Source of the DNA: a bacterium | GTDB taxonomy: Bacteria; Patescibacteriota; Gracilibacteria; Absconditabacterales; Absconditicoccaceae | Direction of reading: 5' to 3' | NCBI GenBank assembly: GCA_023245855.1 | Contig: JAHFJL010000001.1 | Location: forward strand, 19,975-83,974 | Length of the DNA stretch: 64,000 bases | Part shown: positions 55,241-64,000 of the stretch, piece after piece | Numbering within the stretch: the first letter of the stretch is position 1 | Layout of the letters: the number at the start of each line of letters is the position of its first letter | Notes under the pieces: model-generated | Told to the model about the DNA's origin: nothing | The model's database searches: none | What the model saw: only the letters and a program-made list of their open reading frames with translations | Made by a program: the position numbers and the translations under genes

Positions 55241-55291
55241 ACTAAATAAACTAACAACTAAAAGTGAAAAACTAAAAGTGGTGGTATTTTT

Positions 55292-55651
55292 TTAATATTC
55301 TTTTTTCGCTTTGGATGTTTTGATAGTAGCTACTAACATTCTTAATATTTCTTCTCATTTGCCATGTAATGTTTGATACTGTTGTTGATCTATATATAAT
55401 GTATCTTGTAACAAGTCCAACCGATATAATGTTTCATTTGCTTCCTTAAGTGCAATACTCATCTTATTGATAAAATCTGCTTTTGACTGTCCAAACTCTG
55501 CTTCACGTATCATAGCTCAAACACTTGTTCATGATCTTATAAGCTGTTTGCTTATAATGAATTCTTGTTTTTCTTTGGAAAGATGTTTATAGATTTTCAC
55601 TATTTCAATACTGAACTCATAACTTTTCGTTTTAAGTATACTTTCACCCAT
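55292..55651 (-). CDS. Four-helix-bundle protein (23S rRNA intervening-sequence protein family), second copy
   Basis: QLIRSGTSVGAMIREAEFGQSKADFINKMSIALKEANETLYRLDLL is the family signature. Confidence 0.75.
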
Positions 55652-55726
55652 AATACTAGTTAAAAACTAAAAATGAAAAACTAAAAGTGTTTGTATTTTT
55701 ATGTATAATATTCTCATCATTATTAG

Positions 55727-55860
55727 TTTTTCACTTTTCACTATTTATTTATCAAAATATTCCATCGTTTTTCACTTTTCACTATTCACTTTTCACTATT
55801 TATTTATCAAAATATTCCATCGTTTTTCACTTTTCACTATTCACTTTTCACTATTTATTT
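55727..55860. repeat. 55-nt tandem repeat, about 2.4 copies
   Basis: Unit tcacttttcactatttatttatcaaaatattccatcgtttttcacttttcactat, starting at 55731, 55786 and 55841. Intergenic. Confidence 0.85.
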
Positions 55861-57040
55861 AAAGGGCGAAATTCGTCGTGATCGCTCGCATCCCGATATA
55901 ATGCAATATGATGATACACAAGATGAATAATAATAATCTGCCGAATATCTTTTTTTTGAAAGAGTTAGCGATAAAGAGTCCGATGCTTCGGATACCCACG
56001 CTCATCAGCGAGAACGCTAATCCGTAGCCATTCGTAGAAAAAAGGAATACATCATTTGTTGTGGCATATACTCCCAGCAACACCAGTATGATCAGCATCA
56101 CCAATTCTGTCAGATCAAACGCATAATAGAGCAAGTTCGTGATATCGGATACTTTGAGCAGCAGATCTTTCTGCAGAAATTTCCGGAAGATCGCTGATGA
56201 TCCGAATACCGAGTAATCCTGGTTCTTTAGCGATATTTTCGCACCAAGCGATTTGAGGATCCTGATATTCTCCATCCTCTCAAGCTCTTTGTCTACATCG
56301 ACCGGAGTCACGACCGAATCTGAGATAATCGTATCGTTCGGGTTTTGGATGCTCGCGTAATAGTCGTCGTTCATCGTTTCGATCAGTTTGAATATTTCTT
56401 CGATCGTCTCCCTGATCTTTTCAAAATTTGTCCCCATTCTCAGCTTCTTGAGCTCTTCCGTGAGCGATTTCATTTTTTTCATATCTTGGATAGAGATTTT
56501 TCCATCTGACCTTTTCAACGTCTCATCTACCTTTTCAAAGACCCTCGAGATCATCTTTTTCGCGGATTCGAGATTCTCGTCGCTATATATTTTTTTCTCT
56601 GATTGCTCGGTCTGCTGCGCTTCAAGCTTTTGGATATTCTTTTTGGATGCAGCATCCGCGATTCATTTGCTGATGATCGCTTCGACCTCTTTTGCAGGCA
56701 ACGGCTTGCTATAGCTATTGATGGTCTTGATCTCAAAGCCGATGAATGTGAAAAAATTACAGGCTTCCTGGATATCTGCGTATTTGGTAACGATCTCTAT
56801 AGTCTGGAAATTATGTTCAATCTGAAAATAGATGTCGCCAAACAGCGTCTTGTCCTGGGAAAATTCTTTGACGGAAAGAATCAGTATATTGGTTGTTTCG
56901 AGGATTTTTCTCGCAATTGAAGACGCATCAACACACACCAGCATCTCAACGTTATATTTCTCGTCATTCTCTTCTTTTATACCATTTACGCTAAAAGTCA
57001 TCACAAAAATATTAGGTAAAAAGCCATAACTTACGCTCAT
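55859..57040 (-). CDS. Membrane-anchored coiled-coil protein (393 aa), function unknown
   Basis: Track ORFs 55859-56554 and 56663-57040 are in frame and joined through TGA. C-terminal hydrophobic segments. Confidence 0.6.
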
Positions 57041-57315
57041 TTTATGCTTTTATATTGAATTTTCAAAGAAAATCAATATATACAACCTTGTTGAAACAAC
57101 CAATTTACAAGTAATCATATTTGTGATTTATAGACACCACGAGTAAACAATTTGATACCATCATCAAGGACGGAATTTATTCCAAGTCCTTTTTTCTTCT
57201 GCTGATTTAACTCCACAATCAAATACCTCTCTGTCAGAAGAGGGGGACCCCGGATTGCCGGGGTGGAGAGATTGAACCTCTGGCTTGATACCTTTTATTT
57301 TCTAGCTTATATGTA

Positions 57316-57984
57316 ATGAGGAAAATTATTTTCTGGTTACTCTTCATCGTCCTTCTCCTCTGAGCCGGATTTACTTTTATCATCCAAAATCCTGACTTAC
57401 CCGTTTCAAAATCAATATTAACTACTATAGGAATCACCACTACAACACCTATTGTCCAAGACCTTACCGGACAAACAAGTACCGGCATCGATCTTACAGA
57501 TTGTGTCAGCTATTTTGATGGCTGCAACCACTGCAGCGTCAAAGACGGCAAACCGGATGCATGTACGCTCATGTACTGCGAAACCCCAAGCACACCAAAA
57601 TGCTTACAATACGCTACCGGCAACGAAGCGATTGTCACCCAAGCGACAGGCGCTGCTGGGATAGCTAACCCTGCTTCCGTCTACTGCCAAAACAATTGAG
57701 GAACACTGGAAATACAGACAGATACGAGTGGCTGACAAATTGGGCTCTGCCATCTCCTTGATGGCACCACCTGCGATGAACGAGCGTACTTGAGAGGCGA
57801 ATGCAAACCGGACAAATGAAATACGGTATGCACCGCTGAATATGCGCCTGTGTGTGCAAGCATCCAGATCCAATGCATCAGAGCTCCTTGCAATCCTATA
57901 GAACAAACCTTCAGCAACACCTGTACCATGGACGCCAACAAACTCGCAGTATTCTTGCATGACGGCGAATGTGTAGCTAAATAG
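57316..57984 (+). CDS. Secreted DUF333-domain plus Kazal-like-domain protein
   Basis: Signal/TM segment MRKIIFWLLFIVLLLGAGF. DUF333-like: IANPASVYCQNNGGTLEIQTDTSGGQIGLCHLLDGTTCDERAYLRGEC. Kazal-like: CTAEYAPVCA...FSNTCTMDANKLAVFLHDGEC. Four TGA=Gly. Confidence 0.7.
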
Positions 57985-57995
57985 CTAAAAAAAAT

Positions 57996-58060
57996 TGTCA
58001 TTCTGAACGAAGTGAAGAATATAGTAATCACTTATATCCTTCGTTTCACTCAGGATGACA
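57996..58060. repeat. Imperfect 24-bp inverted repeat (REP-like, gtcattctgaacgaagtgaagaa type)
   Basis: Left arm 57996-58019, right arm 58037-58060; mismatches are mostly wobble-compatible. Probable terminator of 57316-57984. Confidence 0.6.
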
Positions 58061-58092
58061 ATAAAAATTAAATTTTATGAAAAATATTCCAT

Positions 58093-58209
58093 CATTATTC
58101 ATTATTCATTATTCATTATTCATTATTCATTATTCATTATTCATTATTCATTATTCATTATTCATTATTCATTATTCATTATTCATTATTCATTATTCAT
58201 TATTCATTA
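58093..58209. repeat. Heptanucleotide microsatellite (CATTATT) x16.7
   Basis: Sixteen perfect units from 58093 to 58204 plus a partial unit. Ends 28 nt upstream of ATG 58237. Confidence 0.95.
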
Positions 58210-58236
58210 AAATTTTACTTAGTAAAATTTTCATTT

Positions 58237-59667
58237 ATGGAACAAGTTATCTGAAATTCACTCCTCGATAAATACTTCGACGAGAATACGATGTCCTTTC
58301 ACGTCAAAGAAAACAGGCAGATGATGAGGAAAAAAGGGACACCAGGAAACTGGAAACCGGTCCTCGATGAACACATCATGTCCAAAGACGATATGAAAAA
58401 ACTTATCGACGATATCTACAAAGAGATAGAAAACAGAGATGACGGATTCTTGGAAATAGATAGACCGCTCTCCAAAGTATTGCAACTTGGAGTGTATAGG
58501 ATCGTTATCGTGTATCCTCCGCTTTCAGATGGATTGGAAATGACGATAGTGAAACCGATAAAAAAATTGGTCATCGAAGATTATAATCTAGATAAAGAGG
58601 TGTTTGAATTATTGAGAAATCAAGCGAAAGGTATCCTGATCTCCTGATCGCCAGGCAGCGGAAAAACCACATTCGCTCAAGCGCTTATCGACGTCTATCA
58701 CAAAGATAATAATGTCATCAAGACGATCGAATCACCGCGTGATCTCTTGGTGAGCGACGATATCGTGCAATATAGCTTCACCTACGGAACGCATGACGAA
58801 GTGAGAGATATCTTGTTGCTTTCGAGGCCTGATTATACGGTCTATGATGAAGTGAGAAACAAATCTGATTTTGAATTATACAAGGATCTGAGATTGACGG
58901 GTATCGGGTTGGTCGGCGTAATCCACGCAACCAGAGCCGTAGACAGCATCCAGAGATTTATCGGAACTATCGAGATGGGAATCATCCCGCAAGTGATCGA
59001 TACGGTCATCTATATCGATAAATGAGTCATCCAAGAAATATTTACACTCCAGCTGACCGTCAAAGTGCCTGAAGGCATGGAGTCGCAAGATCTTGCAAGA
59101 CCGGTCATCATCATCACTAGTTTCCTCACGAAACAAGTGGAGTACGAAATCTACACCTTCGGTGAACAGATAGTTGTCATGCCGCTTTCCGGCGACGCTG
59201 ATGGCAATGGCAAAGTGACTAGCAAATGAAAGACCGCCATCTCTGAATATGCTAAACATACCATCAACCAAAAATTAGAACAGATCCTTCCGTGCGATTT
59301 CATCATCAAAATCAAAGGATCATCTACCCTTGATCTCTATATCCCTGAATTCTACAAAGGACGCGTCATCGGAAAATCAGGCGCTACCATCAACGAGCTG
59401 GAAAAAAATCTCAAGCTCAAGATCAACGTAAAAACATTTGATGAACTCCAGCTCTTGGATGTCCCTACCCAAACTGAAATGCACAAAGGCGGCATCAATG
59501 TCAGTTTCCCTGTAGAATTCGCAGGCCAGATCATGTGTTTCCTTATCGGAGAGCAGATAGCGTATTTCACAGCTGATGACAAATCTACCATCACCATCAA
59601 AAATAAAGATCTCGTAAAAGTCATGAACAAAAAAGGTTTTGTACTCGTGGATACCAATAAATTGTAA
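58237..59667 (+). CDS. P-loop ATPase (PilT/PINA-like) with C-terminal KH domain
   Basis: Walker A GILISGSPGSGKTT (first Gly is TGA). RPDYTVYDEVR (Walker B-like). KH motif GRVIGKSGATINELEKNL. Fragments 58291-58647, 58747-59025 and 59455-59667 are in frame with ATG 58237. Confidence 0.7.
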
Positions 59668-59768
59668 ACAAATCCACCCTCACCCTCCTTTATCCTTTAC
59701 AGGATTCCCTTTGGTCTCAAGGAGGGCTGCTCCTCCCTTGACAAAGGGAGGTCGGGAGGGATTTGTTA
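59667..59768. repeat. GC-rich REP-like composite hairpin
   Basis: Outer arms aacaaatccaccctcaccctcc / ggaggtcgggagggatttgtt. Inner perfect hairpin cctccctt-gaca-aagggagg (59732-59751). Confidence 0.65.
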
Positions 59769-59818
59769 AAAAAGAAATTCATTCACTTTTCACTTTTAAT
59801 TATTCACTATATTTGAAT

Positions 59819-61225
59819 ATGAACAATTTCCATTTCGCAAAAGTCATCGCAGGTGTAGGACCGACATTAGCCAAAGAAACTGTGCTTTCCAAAGTCATCA
59901 ATATGGTCGATGTTTTTAGGATTTCTCTTTCAGGAGGGTTCGACGACAACAACAAAAAATACATCGATACGATTATGAAGCTTGATAACAGCAAAACCAT
60001 CATGCTTGAAACTAGAGGATCAGATATCAGAGTAAAAAACGTCTTGGATATCAAAGTGAAAGCTAAACAGAATATCGAGATTGATTATTCTGAATACGCT
60101 CAAGAACATGATAAAAAAATCTTCGTCGATGCTCCGTTCCTCCATGAATTGAAGACAGGGCAAGTGATCAAGTTCCAGCAAAGCGGTGTCGTGATCAAAA
60201 TCAAATCCACCAAAGATAATATGGTGCTTTGCGAAGTGATCGAATGAGGATGGATCATCCAGTTTGATAGAACATTCTTTCAAAACTATGATCTCAACTT
60301 GCCTTTTCTTGGTGAAAGAGATTTCAAAGATATTTTGTGGGGATTGGAATACGGGGTGCATGTGATAGCGCCTTCTATGGTAAGAACTGTGGAAGATATC
60401 TTGGAGCTCAAAAAATTCTTGGCTACGAAAAATGCAGACAAGATGAAAATCCTTACAAAGATCGAGACAAAAGAAGCGTTAGAAAATATCGATGACCTTA
60501 TCGAAATCTCTGATGGTATCATCTATATCTTTGAAAAAATAGAAAAGGAAATGAAAGCCATGAAACTCAACGAAGAGATCCTTGTAAAAAAATGTAAAGA
60601 TGTAGGGAAACCTGCTATCGTGACCTTTGTCGGCAAGATTGAAAAAAACAAATATCAGCTCATCAATGAAAATCAACTCAAAAAATTCTCGAATATGGCA
60701 GCTGATGCCTATATGATTGACACTCTGCTTCAAGAGAACGATCCGCTTGAAATCATCACTCAGCTTTCAGACGCTTTAGATAAATTAGAACTTAAGATAC
60801 AGACACCGGAATTGCTTCGTTTCTATGCGAACAACGAATATATGGTGAGAGATTATATCATCTATAATGCGTACAGGACAACCCAAGAAGTCGATGTAAG
60901 AGCTATGGTATTGTATACGGAAAACGGGTATTCAGCAGGAAGACTTTCTAGTTTGAAACCGAGAGTGCCTATCATCGCATTCACCAAAAACGATGAGAAC
61001 TATAGATACCTCAACATGCTTCGAGGAGTGAGAGGATACAAGATATCCCAGTCCTTCAGCTACGATAATCTCAAAAGAATCGGAAAAGAGATGATCAGAA
61101 TCATATTCAAAGGGAACATCTCACTCGATGACAAGATCATCATTGTACAGGCGAATGAGATTACTACCGACGAAAAGACAGGTATGATCAATGGTTTGGA
61201 ATTATATAAATTCAAAAATATCTAG
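59819..61225 (+). CDS. pyk: Pyruvate kinase (divergent)
   Basis: AKVIAGVGPTLAKE...VDVFRISLSGG...IMLETRGSDIRV...ILTKIETKEALENIDDLIEISDGI. C-terminal alpha/beta domain. Real start is ATG 59819. Joined to 60299-61225 through TGA. Confidence 0.7.
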
Positions 61226-61257
61226 AAATATTTCAATACTATACATACCTATCAGAC

Positions 61258-61288
61258 AGGAACTTCGAATTACTCGGGGTTCCTTTTT
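61258..61288 (+). terminator. Rho-independent terminator after pyk
   Basis: Stem aggaac / gttcct followed by T5. Confidence 0.5.
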
Positions 61289-61401
61289 GATATCTCCCAA
61301 TCCTTTTTTGCCTTCTATTTTTTTCCTTTGAAAAATGGCTTTTTGAATTGCCTTTTCCTTATAATTTTTTCTAATGAATTTTCTGTTGCATTAGGTACTT
61401 G

Positions 61402-61417
61402 ATACTATATATAGTGG
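61402..61417. promoter_or_regulatory. NrdR box 1
   Basis: atactatatatagtgg compared with the consensus acaCwAtATaTwGtgt. Confidence 0.6.
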
Positions 61418-61434
61418 CTACGTTTTTTTTCATA

Positions 61435-61450
61435 CCACAATATATTGTGT
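61435..61450. promoter_or_regulatory. NrdR box 2
   Basis: ccacaatatattgtgt, with a perfect 14-nt palindrome core. Its centre is 33 bp from box 1, upstream of nrdD. Confidence 0.7.
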
Positions 61451-61600
61451 ATTCTGCATCTTTTCAAAGAATTGTAAATACAAAACAATATATAATGAAA
61501 AATTAATAATGAATAATTAATAATGTCGGAAAATATTATATAAAAAGATTCCATCATCATTCATCATTCACTACACTTTTAATTGTTAGTTGGTAAAGTA

Positions 61601-63811
61601 ATGGCTATCTACAAAATCAGGAAACGTAATGGAGCGATCATCGACTTTGATATCAGCAAAATCGAATATGCCGTAAAAAGCGCTATAGAATCTGTCGGAG
61701 GGACAGACTTCACCCAAGTATCTTCGCTCGCAAACAAAATAGGAAAAGAGATAGAGAAGAAAGTGAACAAAGAGATTCCTGATGTAGAGATCGTGCAAGA
61801 TATCGTAGAACAGGTCTTGATTAAAGAAGGACATGATAAAGTAGCAAAAGCCTATATCCTCTACCGCAAACAAAGAGAACAATCCAGATCAGAAAAGAAT
61901 GTTGTCGTAGAAGTGGGAAAGACTATGGATGAATACCTCCAACAAAGCGATTGGAGAGTCAACGCAAATAGCAACCAAGGATATTCACTCGGAGGACTTA
62001 TCTTGAATGTTTCCGGAAAAGTGATCGCTAACTACTGGCTTTCTCACGTCTATCCTGCAGAAATAGGAAACGCTCACAGAACGGGAGAGATTCATATCCA
62101 TGACTTAGATATGTTTTCTGGATACTGTGCAGGACGAAGTTTGAGGCAATTGCTTGAAGAAGGATTCAACGGACTTTCAAATAGGGTGCAATCCGCTCCG
62201 CCAAAAAATCTCCAGGCGGCGGTCAACCAGATGATTAACTTCTTCTGAACTTTACAGAACGAATGGGCGGGTGCTCAAGCATTCTCATCATTCGATACTT
62301 ACCTTGCTCCGTTTGTACACAAATACAGAATGGAATTAGAAAAAGATCTTGATGACTTGTGAGTACAATTCCCTTCTGAAGAAGCAAGAAAAGAACATAT
62401 CGCAAAAACTACCCATAAATATGTCACTCAGCAGATGCAAAATTTCGTCTTTGGACTTAACGTACCTTCACGCTGGGGAACGCAAACACCGTTCACGAAT
62501 ATCACGCTTGATCGGACTTGTCCTGAAGATCTCAAAGAAAAATCGCTTATGCTTTGAGGGATAGAGAAATGATATTATTACAAAAAATTCAGCGAACTTG
62601 ATGAAGAGATGAAGCTCATCAATAGAGTCTTGATTGAAGTCTATACGGCAGGAGATTGGACAGGATCAGTATTCACCTTTCCTATCCCAACTTATAATAT
62701 CACTGAAGACTTTCCACGAGAGGATCCAGATGTAAATCTTCTCTTCGAAATGACAGCTAAATACGGGATCCCTTACTTTCAAAACTTCGTAGGATCGCAA
62801 TTCAAAGTCAGCAAAGACAAAGACGGGAAAGTCACTAAAGTAGAAAATCCTGATGCCTACAAACCGGGAGCAGTAAGATCGATGTGCTGTAGATTGCAGC
62901 TTGACCTTACCCAGCTAGAAAAAAGATGAGGAGGCCTCTTCGGATCAGCAGAAATGACGTGATCCATTGGAGTCGTAACTATCAATATGGCCAGAATCGG
63001 ATATAATTTTAAATGAGATATGGCGGGGTTCAAAGCACATGTCCATTACCTTATGAACCTTTCAAAAATATCTCTTGAGCTCAAAAGAAAAGAGATTACC
63101 AGATGGTTGGATATGGGTCTCTATCCTTATACCAAGAGATATCTCCATTCATTCAGAAACCATTTCTCTACTATCGGCCTCAACGGTATGAACGAAGCTA
63201 TCCAAAACTTCACGAACGGTAAGGAAGACATCTCTACTGATGAGGGAAAGAAATTCACAATCGAGATCTTAGATTTTATGAGAGATATCCTCAAACAATA
63301 CCAAGAAGAGACGGAAAACCTCTACAATCTTGAAGCTACACCAGCAGAAGGGACTACGTATAGATTCGCTAAAGAAGATAAGAAGCAGATCCCGAACATC
63401 ATCCAAGCAGGAACGAATGATGCTCCTTACTATACCAATTCAACCCAGCTGCCTGTAGGATATACTGACGATCCGTTTGAAGCGCTCGAACAGCAAAATG
63501 AAATGCAATGCAAATATACATGAGGAACAGTACTTCACCTGTATATGTGAGAAAGACTTTCAGACGCTAAAGCATGCAAACAATTAGTAAAAAAAGTCAT
63601 TGATAATTATCAGCTTCCGTATATAACTATCTCACCCGTCTTCTCTATCTGTCCAAAACATGGATATGTCATCGGAGAACACGATTTCTGTCCAAAATGC
63701 GATAAAGAGCTTGGATACACGGGAGATGAATTTAATATTGATATCAGACAAAAACATACTTCTGACCCTGAAAAACTCAGGATTATCAGAGAAAAACAAT
63801 TCACGGAATAA
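61601..63811 (+). CDS. nrdD: Anaerobic ribonucleoside-triphosphate reductase, large part (lacks glycyl-radical tail)
   Basis: ATP-cone MAIYKIRKRNGAIIDFDISKI. GEIHIHDLDMFSGYCAG. SMCCRLQLDL. GGGLFGSAEMTGSIGVVTIN. Zn-site ICPKHGYVIGEHDFCPKC. Fragments 61583-62248, 62609-62929 and 63020-63523 are in frame via TGA. TAA stop at 63809-63811. Confidence 0.9.
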
Positions 63812-63876
63812 TGTATAGCATAAAGCCAAAAGCGTAAAGCAGAAAAAAATCTTTTAACTTTTAACAAAATTGCCCC

Positions 63877-64000
63877 ATGAAAGCATTCTACAACAAAGAA
63901 GGAAAAGAAATTCAAAGAACTCCCTGCCAAGTCTATACGAGAGTTATGGGATACCTCAGACCGGTGAGTCATTACAATATCGGTAAAAAATCAGAATTCT
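63877..64000 (+). CDS. NrdD glycyl-radical C-terminal domain as a separate ORF (3' end outside window)
   Basis: MKAFYNKEGKEIQRTPCQVYTRVMGYLRPVSHYNIGKKSEF contains the RV.GY.RPV...N.GK..E glycyl-radical signature. It is in a different frame and starts 65 nt after the nrdD stop. Confidence 0.7.
   Translation, partial: MKAFYNKEGKEIQRTPCQVYTRVMGYLRPVSHYNIGKKSEF

Noticed and set aside
55687-55881. 64-aa ORF over the 55-nt tandem repeat
   Set aside because: This low-complexity translation of the repeat overlaps the end of the minus-strand gene 55859-57040.
55727-58209. Tandem repeats at 55.7 kb and 58.1 kb as possible CRISPR arrays
   Set aside because: There are no unique spacers between the repeat units. 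The units are directly adjacent (55-nt and 7-nt periods) and no cas genes are present.
58077-58271. 64-aa ORF translating as IIHYSLF repeats
   Set aside because: It is simply the translation of the (CATTATT)n microsatellite and has no coding signal.
59639-59818. N-terminal extension of the pyruvate kinase ORF (PHPPLSFTGFPLVSRRAAPPLTKGGREGF)
   Set aside because: This part is the translated GC-rich REP hairpin. The conserved kinase N-terminus begins at ATG 59819.
1-64000. Alternative explanations for the TGA-interrupted genes: mass pseudogenisation or sequencing errors, code 4 (TGA=Trp), or selenocysteine
   Set aside because: The breaks are exclusively TGA and occur up to 25 times per gene. 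They align with invariant Gly positions (P-loops, LSGG, macro GGG, S12 RGGRV) rather than Trp, and TGG is present where Trp is expected. The frequency is far too high for Sec, and no SECIS-like context is seen.

Overview
AT-rich bacterial chromosome segment that only makes sense under genetic code 25 (TGA = Gly; Gracilibacteria/Absconditabacteria-type CPR lineage). Almost every recognisable gene is split in the supplied standard-code ORF track, and only at TGA. Those TGA codons fall on invariant glycines (S12, L28, Walker A and LSGG of an ABC exporter, the macro-domain Gly loop). After recoding I call about 60 CDS and one tRNA-Lys(UUU). I found no rRNA, CRISPR array, transposase or integrase. 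Content from left to right: (1) two large secreted surface proteins (Cys-rich repeat; parallel beta-helix plus SLH-like tail). (2) A TGA-free three-gene block of Bacteroidota-style Ig-repeat adhesins, the last ending in a T9SS sorting domain. (3) rpsL-rpsG, rplS, L25/Ctc, rpmB, tRNA-Lys and topA. (4) Accessory genes: RhuM-Doc, NUDIX, GNAT, ABC exporter, CYTH cyclase, gpmI. (5) A second TGA-free gene, a 774-aa SPFH/flotillin-like protein with internal repeats. (6) RelE/Phd, ComM/YifB and DinD. (7) A third TGA-free block (BI-1/YccA-like plus two unknowns). (8) A 17.5-kb co-directional minus-strand defence locus. Here a type I R-M operon (hsdR ... hsdS ... hsdM) is interleaved with DUF3800, an OLD/PARIS-like ABC-ATPase-TOPRIM protein, a GHKL-ATPase-nuclease protein, an Abi_C protein, AbiEi/AbiEii, a DUF262-DUF1524-AlbA_2 (GmrSD-like) fusion, a macro-domain protein, and a Gp49/HigB-like toxin with an XRE-Panacea antitoxin. 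(9) Membrane proteins, a DUF333-Kazal secreted protein, a KH-domain P-loop ATPase, pyruvate kinase, and an nrdD preceded by NrdR boxes whose glycyl-radical tail is a separate ORF. All coordinates and translations were derived by hand, so start choices may be off by a few codons. Family names rest on motif recognition only; no database search was possible.
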